NCBI GenBank assembly: GCA_963740315.1
Contig: CAVUDP010000002.1
Coordinates: 3,296,001 to 3,360,000 of the forward strand
DNA: 64,000 bases
DNA from: an uncultured cyanobacterium
Lineage (GTDB): Bacteria; Cyanobacteriota; Cyanobacteriia; Cyanobacteriales; Nostocaceae
Direction of reading: 5' to 3'
Below, piece by piece: positions 31,094 to 40,405 of this stretch. Position 1 is the first letter of the stretch. Every line of letters begins with the position of its first letter. A program made the position numbers and the translations under genes. The notes beneath the pieces are model-generated. The model saw only the letters and a list, made by a program, of their open reading frames with translations, had not been told where the DNA came from and searched no databases.

Positions 31094-31368
31094 ATGCAGA
31101 CAGTAGAAACACTGAAATTATTAACGTTTGAAGATTCTTCTGTAGATTCGCACTTTAGTATCAACTTATTTAACCATTTTAGGGGCAGTATTCTTGTAAT
31201 ACAACATACATATAGAATTTTCTTTATTAGGATAATTTGATATTTACCAAGTCTAGAGTTACTGCTATATATATAACTTCTAATAACAGCGAAATAATAG
31301 CCTTATTAATTTTGGGTAATAAAACTATTCAGTGTATTAATAAAATCGTTGTAGAAATATAAGGCTGC
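31094..31368 (+). pseudogene. Possible highly decayed response-regulator receiver-domain remnant
   Basis: MQTVETLKLLTFEDSSVDS... then, in another frame, LPSLELLLYITSNNSEIIALLILG...VVEI*. This resembles the REC pattern LKILLVED...LPD.GLELL...IIILTG...VEAIKA. Confidence 0.3.
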
Positions 31369-31489
31369 TTCCAAATTTATCCGAGCTAATCCGCGCCGAC
31401 GGCAACCCGTTAGATAGATGTACATCAAAAAGTATATAACAAAACATCACTTTCGATCGGCGATCTAACTTTATTTATCAATAATTTTT

Positions 31490-32755
31490 TCAAGCTACCC
31501 ATTGATTGTGGGCAAATTGTACGGCTAAACTTGCTAACAAAATGGCGAAAAATCCGGTAATGGCGTACCCCCAAGCACGATAACGGTTAAGACATAATCC
31601 CAAAGCAAAAGACAAGGAAACAATACCATAAGCGTAGCGCTCTACAGAAGCTGTAAGTCCAGTATTAAGTATTAAAGCATACGAAAAGAACCCATAAACA
31701 ACAGCAACTAAAGGGATTTTAGCCCGCGAATACCATAATAAATAAAGTCCACCGAAGACAATAGCTATTTTAATTAAAGGTATTTTTGCAAATGGATTAG
31801 AATCATTTAGCCATAATGGTTCACCTATACCCAACCATAATAATAACCAGAAAAAATATAGTACACCGCGTAAATTTGTCTCGGCTAATTTTTGACGAAA
31901 GCGCCATAGTAAAAAACCGCCAACAACAATTAATCCAAATAATAGCGGAGAGCCTAATACAATTTGCATTAACATATTCCACCAGCCTTTAGCAGCGAAT
32001 CCCGTCGAGTCTCGCCAACCTTTTTGTACCTGTACAAATGCAATCGCATCGCCAAATTTGATTAGACAGTACAAACTATAAAGTAAAGCACCACTACCAA
32101 CAGCTAAACCAGCAAGATAAGCTTTTACACCCCTACGTTGTTTCCAAGCAACAAATAAAAAAGCAGGAATCAACATAACTCCAGTAATTCGAGTTGCTGT
32201 AGACAAAATTCCCCAAATCGCTGCCGAGATATGCTGTTTTTTATCGAAAGCACGTAAAGCCGCCGTACTGAACAATAAAAACAATCCTTCAGTATAAATT
32301 ACGCTTCCGTAAAGAGAATAAGGGCACCACGCCAAAACAGCAGTACTCCAACGGGCTGCATTTGTGCCATGACTTTCTTTCACCCAAGAATACAGAACAA
32401 TTAAAGCACCTAAAAATGCGGCATTATTTAATAAAGTGGCTGCTACTTGAAAAGGCAAGCCGAAGAACATAATTAGACGAGTTAATAAAGGTAAAAGCGG
32501 AAAAAAAGCTACAGAATATTGTTTGCCATCGTTAATAAATTCGTAACCAACAACTACAATTCGGTGATACCAAATGCTGTCCCATGCATAGAAAACATCC
32601 CAGCCATAAATGGGAGTTTGAGCATTTTCCGCAATAGGAAGTGAAGGTGCAATTAACAACATTGCCACAATTATTACGACTCGACTGAAAAGCCACATTG
32701 TTGTAGCAAAAAAGAAACCATTATTTATATTTAAAAAAGATTTAGATTGAGTCAT
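31490..32755 (-). CDS. GT-C membrane glycosyltransferase, PIG-V/Mannosyl_trans2-like (paralog 1)
   Basis: FYAWDSIWY, VAFFPLLP, IYTEGLFL, TATRITG, FGDAIAFVQVQKGW; many TM helices. Confidence 0.85.
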   Translation of the reverse strand: MTQSKSFLNINNGFFFATTMWLFSRVVIIVAMLLIAPSLPIAENAQTPIYGWDVFYAWDSIWYHRIVVVGYEFINDGKQYSVAFFPLLPLLTRLIMFFGLPFQVAATLLNNAAFLGALIVLYSWVKESHGTNAARWSTAVLAWCPYSLYGSVIYTEGLFLLFSTAALRAFDKKQHISAAIWGILSTATRITGVMLIPAFLFVAWKQRRGVKAYLAGLAVGSGALLYSLYCLIKFGDAIAFVQVQKGWRDSTGFAAKGWWNMLMQIVLGSPLLFGLIVVGGFLLWRFRQKLAETNLRGVLYFFWLLLWLGIGEPLWLNDSNPFAKIPLIKIAIVFGGLYLLWYSRAKIPLVAVVYGFFSYALILNTGLTASVERYAYGIVSLSFALGLCLNRYRAWGYAITGFFAILLASLAVQFAHNQWVA

Positions 32756-32970
32756 TCGATTTTAGATTTTAGATTTTGAATTGGCAATTTTAAATTTCAA
32801 ATCAAGAATTATTTGATTTGATTATTTTAGATTATTCCTTGTTTGAAAGCTAATAGTTGCTCAAAGGTATCTAAATTATTAGATATTTATTATTTGATTT
32901 ACAAACTTTGTACATCCGCATTTATAATTTTCTTCTTCTCTATTCTCTACTCCCTACTCCCTATTTCTTC

Positions 32971-33339
32971 TTACTTTTGCCAAACTACTAATATGACTCC
33001 ACAAACAATCAAACTTAAACCGACAAGACGAGTTAAAGGAATAGATTCTTTAAAAATAAAGTACCCTAGTAATACCGAAAATACGTAAACTAAAGAAGCC
33101 GATGGTCCCGCAACACTCAAATTAACTCTAGTTAGAAGAAGAATATAAACAACAGCACCGACACCATAACAAGCTAAACCCATTAATAATTCCGGGGTTG
33201 TAATAATTCCTAAAACTTGTTTAATCGCATTTGCGGCATCAACTCTACCCAATTTTACAGCACCTAATTTTAAAAATAATTGTCCCGTTACGCTTGCAGA
33301 AACTGACAGAAGTAGCAAACAAAATTCTTGCCAAGACAT
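32971..33339 (-). CDS. SMR/EamA 4-TM transporter (ArnE/F-like lipid-sugar flippase candidate)
   Basis: 122 aa with 4 TM segments: GQLFLKLG, LSVAGP, FKESIP..RLVGLSLIVCGV. Confidence 0.85.
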   Translation of the reverse strand: MSWQEFCLLLLSVSASVTGQLFLKLGAVKLGRVDAANAIKQVLGIITTPELLMGLACYGVGAVVYILLLTRVNLSVAGPSASLVYVFSVLLGYFIFKESIPLTRLVGLSLIVCGVILVVWQK

Positions 33340-33440
33340 ATGTATTTTGGATTTTAGATTTTAACAACGGATGCGTTTTTTTTTAGATTTTGGATTGCTT
33401 TATTGGTAATTTTTAAATTCTTAACTCCTAACTCACGGGC

Positions 33441-33464
33441 AGACGTAGCATGCTACGTCTCTAC
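33441..33464 (-). repeat. REP-like element: GTAG + perfect 20-bp palindrome
   Basis: AGACGTAGCATGCTACGTCT followed by CTAC. Confidence 0.75.
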
Positions 33465-33469
33465 AACTT

Positions 33470-34429
33470 TTAACTTTTAACCTTTTTCCTATTCGCAACA
33501 CCTCTCATTTCTTTTACAGTATAAATTGGACGACCTTTAACTTCTTCGTAAATACGACCTATATATTCGCCTAAAATACCAATACAAAATAACTGCACGG
33601 AACCTAAGAAAAACAGCGCAATTGTAATCAAAGTGTAGCCAATTAAAGGAGAAGCAAGGTTAAACAAACGCCAATATAAAACTAAAATTATCATTAATAA
33701 AGCCATTAGTGCCGAAAGCATTCCTAAATAAGTAGCAAGTTTTAAAGGAACTCTTGAAAAAGAAATGATTCCATTAATAGCTAATGCCCAAGATTTAGCA
33801 AAGGAATACTTAACTTTTCCGGCAAAACGCGGATCTCTTGCAAATGCGATCGCAGTTTGTCGAAAACCTACCCAAGCACGCAAACCGCGTATGTAACGAT
33901 TGCGTTCGGGCATAGCGTTAAGGATATCAACTACTTCCTTATCCATTAAACAGAAATCACCAGTATCTGGAGGTATATTTACATCAGCTAAACGCTTCAA
34001 AATACGATAAAAAGCGTAGGCTGTAAACCTTTTTAAAACACTTTCTTTTTTACGAGATATACGTTGTGCATAAACGACTTGATAACCTTGCCGCCATTTT
34101 TCAAGCATTGGTAAAATCAGTTCTGGCGGATCTTGTAAATCGGCATCCATTACAACTACAGCTTTACCGCTAACGTAGTTTAAACCTGCCGTTACAGCTA
34201 TTTGATGACCAAAATTACGAGCTAAACTAATGTAGTGAAAATTGCGATCGCGCTCGTAAATTTCGCGGATTAAATTTAAAGAATTATCCCGACTACCATC
34301 GTCAACAAAAATTAATTCGGTTTCATCATCTAGCTGTTTAATAACAGTTTGTAAGCGTTGATAAAGTTCGGAAATATTTTCCTGTTCATTATAAATTGGA
34401 GTAATTATAGAAACTATTGGTTGAGTCAT
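33470..34429 (-). CDS. GT2 polyprenyl-phosphate glycosyltransferase (GtrB/ArnC/YkoT-like)
   Basis: [37 protein letters not shown], two C-terminal TMs, [15 protein letters not shown]. Confidence 0.93.
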   Translation of the reverse strand: MTQPIVSIITPIYNEQENISELYQRLQTVIKQLDDETELIFVDDGSRDNSLNLIREIYERDRNFHYISLARNFGHQIAVTAGLNYVSGKAVVVMDADLQDPPELILPMLEKWRQGYQVVYAQRISRKKESVLKRFTAYAFYRILKRLADVNIPPDTGDFCLMDKEVVDILNAMPERNRYIRGLRAWVGFRQTAIAFARDPRFAGKVKYSFAKSWALAINGIISFSRVPLKLATYLGMLSALMALLMIILVLYWRLFNLASPLIGYTLITIALFFLGSVQLFCIGILGEYIGRIYEEVKGRPIYTVKEMRGVANRKKVKS

Positions 34430-34460
34430 TTTGAATCAGTTACCAGTTACCAGTTACCAG

Positions 34461-35204
34461 TTATAATCGGGGTTTTCTTGCTAATAGTAAAATAGATACG
34501 CCAAAGGGTAGAGGAAATTTATTGATGAGGTATCGTTCGCTAGCAAATAACCATTTTAAAACTTGATTGACTGGTTTTGATGGTACTACTAAATCGCTGC
34601 TGATTTGATTGTTGTTCTGTTTTGGTAACAGTTTTGCTAAAACTCGGACTATTGCCACTACGGGGAATAAAAAGGTATTAAAATAACTACTGTAATTTAG
34701 TTCATAGCCTGCTTTTTTTACTACCTGTTTTAAACCTTTTAATCGATAGCGGCGTTTGTGATGGTTAATGTCATCATGTTCGCTCCATAAAAATCTATAC
34801 GCCGGAACTGTAATTAGTAAATAACCTCCAGGTTTAAGTTTATAATATAAGGCTTTGAGTGCAGATAAATCATCATCAAGATGTTCGATGACATCTAGTA
34901 TCAAAATTAAGTCATACTGCAAACTAAAAGGAATATTATCTGGTAAACTACCTCTTTTTACCTGAGTTACTTGACGTTGATTTGCAAGTTGACAAGCAAC
35001 TTCTTCTAATTCCATCGCCGAAACTTGTCCGTGACGAGATAACATTTGTAAGTTACCACCAGTGCCGCAACCCGCTTCTAAGATTTGAGCATTTTTTTGC
35101 AAATTTAATCTCTGAATTACTTTTTCTATAATTTGACGACGGGCTACAAACCACCAATGTTTATCTTCTACAGATGCATATTGTAGGTAAAAATCTTTTT
35201 CCAT
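34461..35204 (-). CDS. Class I SAM-dependent methyltransferase
   Basis: HWWFVARR, ILEAGCGTGGN, LDVIEH, LKPGG, HHKRRY. Confidence 0.9.
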   Translation of the reverse strand: MEKDFYLQYASVEDKHWWFVARRQIIEKVIQRLNLQKNAQILEAGCGTGGNLQMLSRHGQVSAMELEEVACQLANQRQVTQVKRGSLPDNIPFSLQYDLILILDVIEHLDDDLSALKALYYKLKPGGYLLITVPAYRFLWSEHDDINHHKRRYRLKGLKQVVKKAGYELNYSSYFNTFLFPVVAIVRVLAKLLPKQNNNQISSDLVVPSKPVNQVLKWLFASERYLINKFPLPFGVSILLLARKPRL

Positions 35205-35382
35205 TAGCGCGAATTGCTTTATTTAACTTGTTCTAAATTTACCTTGGTGTGACTAATTGAATTAAATAATATATAATGTTACTTTTCTTATAGTTTTTGG
35301 CTTCTTCGTACTTAGTATGTTAAATAAGCAGTTTAAAAAAGGTAACAGGGAACACACACTTAATAACGCCTTGGAATAAATT

Positions 35383-35427
35383 AGGAGTAGTTGCTACAAC
35401 CGGGGAACCCGTCAACTCACTGCTCTT
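35383..35427 (+). repeat. Structured ~45-nt dispersed repeat
   Basis: GAGTAGT-tgctacaac-CGGG gaa CCCG-tcaactc-ACTGCTC; related copy at 60723-60762. Confidence 0.65.
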
Positions 35428-35440
35428 CAAGCTCAAAGTC

Positions 35441-35639
35441 TAAGTCTGATAAATTTCACATATTCCACTATTCTCAACACCACCAGGGGTTGCAAACCCC
35501 TGTCTCATAGCAAAAGTCCTATAAATAGGACTAGAAAAGGCTTTTAGTCTACTTTAGTAGACTTTCGCTAATTGGTTCCTCGGAATTGATTCCAAGGTGG
35601 TTTTAAGGCTAATATAGAATGGTGCAAGTTGTCAGATTA
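35441..35639. mobile_element. ~195-bp multi-hairpin MITE
   Basis: Imperfect TIRs TCTGATAAATTTCACATATTC / GAATGGTGCAAGTTGTCAGA enclose four hairpins: CAGGGGTTgcAAACCCCTG, AGTCCTAtaaaTAGGACT, AGTCTACTttAGTAGACT, CCTCGGAATtgATTCCAAGG. Confidence 0.75.
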
Positions 35640-37034
35640 ACCAGATTTATTAACAAACAAATAAACCTCATCTCGTTCTTTTACTAATTCAAATAATTGA
35701 TTATTTTTGAGTTGATTGACTAAATTAGCTGCAAATTCTGGATTTCTACTTCCATCGGGATGACGCACGTTTAATAAAATATATTTGAACTGAGTTAAAT
35801 CTGGAACTCCGCCGCTTAAATCATCTACAAACTGAATTTTTTGGCGATGAGTTAAATGAGGGACAATGCTATGAGTAGTTAAGACAGCTTCTTTAGTTTC
35901 AACTAAGGCGATCGCTTCTCGCGTTGCTTGCCAAGTATCGATGCTTCTAAGATATCGCGACCAAAAAAAGCCATATTTCCCTAATGCTAAAAAAGCCACT
36001 AACGCCCATAAAAAAATTATTTTTGGATTCCGCAGCCACGATTTATTTGCAGCGAGGCTGGAAATTACCGCCAAAATTAAAAACGGCAAGATGGGTAAAG
36101 AATATTGGTGAATTAAATCTCGTTGCTCCGGTTTTTCGGAAAGAATATTTACTATTAATACGGGAATAACACTTATTAAAGGTGCGAGATGCTTTGGTGT
36201 CAGTCCCCAAATTACAGGTGCGATTACTAATGCTAAATATCCGAAAGTATCTGGAGAAAAAACTTTACCTAATATCAATCCGGGCTTCAAAAATAAATTC
36301 GCAACAATATCTAAAACCGAATCTCCGAGATAACTATAACGAGCAACAGCCGCCGCTTCACTATTACTAAAACTTGGGATAATTAATTGAGTTGCAATCA
36401 GAAACCACGCACAACCAGCAATCAAAGCAAATACACCACATACACGGCGTTTTTCAAAGATCAACAGCCAAAAACCCATCGCTGCCACTGTTAAGGATAA
36501 TACCGCTTTGCAACCCAAAATAAAAATAGTTCCCGCACAAAACCAAATAACTTTTTGCGATCGCGCCGCTAAAACTACCCCCAAAAATACCGGGATAGCC
36601 ATCACTTCCGGGTGAAATTCAAATAAATTAACGTTAAAAATTAGCGGGTACAGTAAATAAACTGCCGACATTGTTACAGCTTGATTTTCTTTGAGTCCAG
36701 CTTGTTTGGCAAGATAATAAGTAGGTACAGCACCCAAAGCCAAAGAAACAGCCTGCACCGCCAACAGCCAGTAAGCACTAGGGTAAATCTTGTAGAGTAA
36801 AGCCAGAGGATAAACCGCCCAAGCTACATGATTACCCATGTGATGAAAACCCAGAGTCGAGGAAATTGGCGCTTCTCCTTGACTCATTAGGTAAACAACT
36901 TGATCGTAAATTCCCAAATCAAAAGCCCCCGACTGAAAAAGTGCGTGTCGCAAACCACTGCAAACAATCAGCAATATCGCAGCACTTACACTCATCCAAG
37001 CAACAGTATTTTTATTAATAATTTTTGTTTCCAC
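35637..37034 (-). CDS. DUF2079-like polytopic membrane protein (predicted GT-C fold)
   Basis: GLRHALFQSGAFDLGIYDQ, MGNH, NLFEFHPE, HQYS; soluble C-terminal domain; GTG start. Confidence 0.8.
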   Translation of the reverse strand: METKIINKNTVAWMSVSAAILLIVCSGLRHALFQSGAFDLGIYDQVVYLMSQGEAPISSTLGFHHMGNHVAWAVYPLALLYKIYPSAYWLLAVQAVSLALGAVPTYYLAKQAGLKENQAVTMSAVYLLYPLIFNVNLFEFHPEVMAIPVFLGVVLAARSQKVIWFCAGTIFILGCKAVLSLTVAAMGFWLLIFEKRRVCGVFALIAGCAWFLIATQLIIPSFSNSEAAAVARYSYLGDSVLDIVANLFLKPGLILGKVFSPDTFGYLALVIAPVIWGLTPKHLAPLISVIPVLIVNILSEKPEQRDLIHQYSLPILPFLILAVISSLAANKSWLRNPKIIFLWALVAFLALGKYGFFWSRYLRSIDTWQATREAIALVETKEAVLTTHSIVPHLTHRQKIQFVDDLSGGVPDLTQFKYILLNVRHPDGSRNPEFAANLVNQLKNNQLFELVKERDEVYLFVNKSG

Positions 37035-37065
37035 CAGAATTTATTTATATATTGATTGAGGATTA

Positions 37066-37428
37066 GGGGTAGAGGGGTAGAGGGGGGAGATGGGGAGATG
37101 GGGAGATGGGGAGACAAGGGGAAAAGAGAATAATCTAAAATCTAAAATTCTTTAACTCCTAACTCCTAACTCCTAACTCCTAACTCCTAACTCCTAACTC
37201 CTAACTCCTAATTCCTAACTCCTAACTCCTAATTCCTAACTCCCACCCCTCAATCTAAAATCCGAAACAAAAGCATCCGTTGTTAAAATCTAAAATCTAA
37301 AATTTTTATAACTCCTTGTCTCCTTGTCTCCCCATCCCCCCATCTCCCCATCCCCCCATCTCCCCATCCCCCCATCCCCCCATCCCCCCATCTCCCCATC
37401 TCCCCATCTCCCCCATCTCCCCATCCTC
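37066..37428. repeat. Large STRR mosaic: (GGGAGATG)n, (TCTAAAA)n, (TAACTCC)n, (CCCCCATC)n
   Basis: Seen directly. The G-rich and C-rich blocks at the two ends are mutually inverted. Confidence 0.95.
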
Positions 37429-38715
37429 TTAACCTACCCACAAATCCTGGGCGAATCTGATGGAAAAAGTTGTGAGTAAAATGGCGAAGAAACCCATAGT
37501 TAAATATCCCCAACGAGGATGACGGGATAGGAATACGCCGAGGGCAATGCTAACTGATACGATACCGTAAACGATGCGACTCAGCGACCAAGTACCTCCG
37601 GAAACTAAAACTAATGCCAAACCACATAAGCCATAAGTTGCGGTAACTGGACTCAATTCGTTGCGTAATTTCCAAACTAAATAACCGCTACCGACAACTG
37701 AGACGGTGTTAATTAAAGGATCGCCAGCTACTAACCACCAAATTAAAATCAAAGCTGCAAAACCATAGTCAACCTTGGCTTTACCTATCTTTTTGCGGAA
37801 GCGCCACAATAAATAACCAAGCCCGACAATTAAAGCAAATAATAACGGCTGCACGGGATCTTTTATTCCTCCTTGTTTCCAATTTTCATTGCCGATGGTT
37901 ATTTGCATTAACATTTTCCACCAATTTTGCCAGTCAAATCCCAAGGATTCACGCCATCCTTTCTGGGCTTCAATAAAGGCTAATGGATCGCCAAATTTAA
38001 GGGCACAATACAGACTAAATGCAAGTACTCCGGTTGCAGTAGCTAAAGCGGCAATATAGGCGGATGCTGGTTTTCGTTGTTTCCACGATGCAATTATCAA
38101 AGCTGGAATCAATGCTAAACCTGTAGGGCGCGTTGCTGTTGCCAGAGTACCCCAAAAAGCAGTCAAGCCATATCGACTTTTGTCAAAAGCCTGCATTGCC
38201 GCAGCACTGAGAAATAAATACAAACCTTCGGTATAAATAACTCCCGCAAACATCGACGGCGGACACCAAGCTAATACAGCAGCAGCCCATCGCGCTTCTT
38301 TATTTCCTAAATAAGACTTAACCCAAAAATATACGCAGTAAATCGCCCCTAAAAGTGCCAAATTATTTACTAGTAACCCGGCAAGTTTAAAAGGCAAACC
38401 TAAACTCATTAAAAACTTGACCATTAAGGGAAACAACGGAAAAAATGCCACATTATGCATTTTGCCGTCATTAATATATTCATATCCCGTAGTAGCTATA
38501 TCTTGGTAATGTATGCTATCCCAAGCATAAAATACTTCTAAGTCAAACGTCGCTGCAATTCCTCCCGATGGTGCTTGTAATAAAGGCGCAATCCCTAACA
38601 TGACAACCCAAATCAGCAAGCGACTCCCCAACCACATTGCAGCAGGAAATAATAATTCGTTTATCTGGAAAACTTTGTTATTCTTATCTTTCTTGAGTAA
38701 TTCAACTTTCGTCAT
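37429..38715 (-). CDS. GT-C membrane glycosyltransferase, PIG-V/Mannosyl_trans2-like (paralog 2)
   Basis: FYAWDSIHY, VAFFPLFP, IYTEGLYL, TATRPTG, FGDPLAFIEAQKGW; clearly homologous to 31490..32755. Confidence 0.85.
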   Translation of the reverse strand: MTKVELLKKDKNNKVFQINELLFPAAMWLGSRLLIWVVMLGIAPLLQAPSGGIAATFDLEVFYAWDSIHYQDIATTGYEYINDGKMHNVAFFPLFPLMVKFLMSLGLPFKLAGLLVNNLALLGAIYCVYFWVKSYLGNKEARWAAAVLAWCPPSMFAGVIYTEGLYLFLSAAAMQAFDKSRYGLTAFWGTLATATRPTGLALIPALIIASWKQRKPASAYIAALATATGVLAFSLYCALKFGDPLAFIEAQKGWRESLGFDWQNWWKMLMQITIGNENWKQGGIKDPVQPLLFALIVGLGYLLWRFRKKIGKAKVDYGFAALILIWWLVAGDPLINTVSVVGSGYLVWKLRNELSPVTATYGLCGLALVLVSGGTWSLSRIVYGIVSVSIALGVFLSRHPRWGYLTMGFFAILLTTFSIRFAQDLWVG

Positions 38716-39099
38716 ACAGAAAGAGTATTTAATAGAACTAGTTTTTTGGCTATTGATTGTATACGTCTAGGGGTAATTTTGACAAGTATACTGTCTTTTT
38801 TTTACATAAATTGATTCAATAAAACTATACAATTTTTCTGATGATATTGAATATAGTAGTATCTTTTTATACGATAAATTGTGAATTGGCAAACCGTCAG
38901 TAGTTAGGAACTTTCTTATGCTAAAATTCTCAATCAACAGGGATCGATTTGCGAGCGGCAACAGAAAAGCGAGAGCATAGAATCAAGATTTAGTATTTCA
39001 TACTTGATATTAAACATCGACTGACACTGATAAATTTTGAAAGTGAAAAACGCCAAAAAATAGCTTGCAAGTTTAATAAATAAGCTAAATTAATCTATT

Positions 39100-40068
39100 A
39101 TGACAAAATTGATTATTCAAATTCCCTGTTATAACGAAGAAGCAACATTAGGAGCTACAATTGCAGAATTACCACGGCAAATAGAGGGTGTTGACAGTAT
39201 CGAATTGTTGGTGATTGATGACGGTAGCAGAGACAAAACTGTAGAAGTTGCCAAAGCTTGCGGTGTAGATATTATCGTCAGATTACCCCACAATCAAGGA
39301 CTTGCAAAAGCTTTTATGGCAGGTTTGGAAGCCTCGTTAAAAGCAGGAGCCGACATCATTGTTAATACTGATGCTGATAATCAATATTGTGCCTCGGATA
39401 TCCCATTATTAATAGAACCAATTATTTTAGGACAAGCAGATATTGTAGTTGGTGCCAGACCAATTTGGAAGACAAAACACTTTTCTTTGATAAAAAAGTT
39501 ACTACAAAAATTTGGTAGTTGGGTAGTTCGTCGCGCTAGCAATACTAATATTCCCGATGCTCCCAGCGGTTTTCGTGCTTTTAATCGCGAAGCCGCACTG
39601 AGATTAAATGTATTTAATAGTTATACGTATACTTTAGAAACAATTATTCAAGCCGGACAAAAAGGGATGAAAATTGTTTCCGTACCGATCAAAACTAACT
39701 TTGTTTCGCGCCCTTCACGTTTAGTCAAAAACAACGCTTCCTATGTAGTGCGATCGCTGTTTACAATTCTTCGCATATTCATGCTTTACAGACCGCTGCG
39801 TTTTTTCTTACTTTTAGGCAGCGTACCCTTTAGTTTGGGCGTGATATTGGGAATACGCTGGCTAATATTTTTATTCATGGGAACCGAACGAACCCGCATA
39901 CCAAGTTTAATTCTGACAGCCATTTTAATATTAATTGGTTTTCAATTATGGATGTTTGGATTAGTAGCAGATTTAATGGCAGCAAACCGTCAATTACTCG
40001 AAGACACACAATTAAGAATGCGTCGCAAAGAAATGGACAAAGAAGAAAAAACAAAGGTTAAAGGTTAA
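39100..40068 (+). CDS. GT2 DPM1-like polyprenyl-phosphate glycosyltransferase
   Basis: IPCYNEE, IDDGSRD, NTDADNQY, DAPSGFRA, two C-terminal TMs. Confidence 0.92.
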   Translation: MTKLIIQIPCYNEEATLGATIAELPRQIEGVDSIELLVIDDGSRDKTVEVAKACGVDIIVRLPHNQGLAKAFMAGLEASLKAGADIIVNTDADNQYCASDIPLLIEPIILGQADIVVGARPIWKTKHFSLIKKLLQKFGSWVVRRASNTNIPDAPSGFRAFNREAALRLNVFNSYTYTLETIIQAGQKGMKIVSVPIKTNFVSRPSRLVKNNASYVVRSLFTILRIFMLYRPLRFFLLLGSVPFSLGVILGIRWLIFLFMGTERTRIPSLILTAILILIGFQLWMFGLVADLMAANRQLLEDTQLRMRRKEMDKEEKTKVKG

Positions 40069-40405
40069 AGGTTAAAGGTTAAAGGTCAAAGGTTAAAGGT
40101 TAAAGGTCAAAGGTTAAAGGTTAAAGGTGTAATAACTCTTAACTCCTAACTCCTAACTCCTAACTCTTAACTCTTAACTCCCCATCTCCCCCGCTCGCCG
40201 CACGCCCTCGCCGCACAAGCGCGGTGAACGCGTGTTCAGCGCGGCACGACTCGTTAGAGTAACGGGTTGCGCCACTTCTCTCAACGGTCGTGTTCCTCCG
40301 CACGTTTTGGGCTTACCATCTCCCCATCTCCCCATCTCCCCATCCCCTTGTCCCCCCATCCCCCCATCCCCCCATCTCCCCATCTCCCCATCTCCCCATC
40401 TCCCC
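40053..40405. repeat. STRR mosaic with two nested dispersed repeats
   Basis: (AAAGGTT/C)n, (TAACTCC)n and (CCCCATCT)n, plus GC-rich elements at 40198-40231 and 40264-40317. Confidence 0.92.

Noticed and set aside
40232..40405. N-terminal extension of the 592-aa ORF, and ORFs 19739..20005, 37283..37513 and 40174..40479
   Set aside because: These are translations of STRR octamer arrays (PHLPISPS / GRWGDGEM), not credible proteins.
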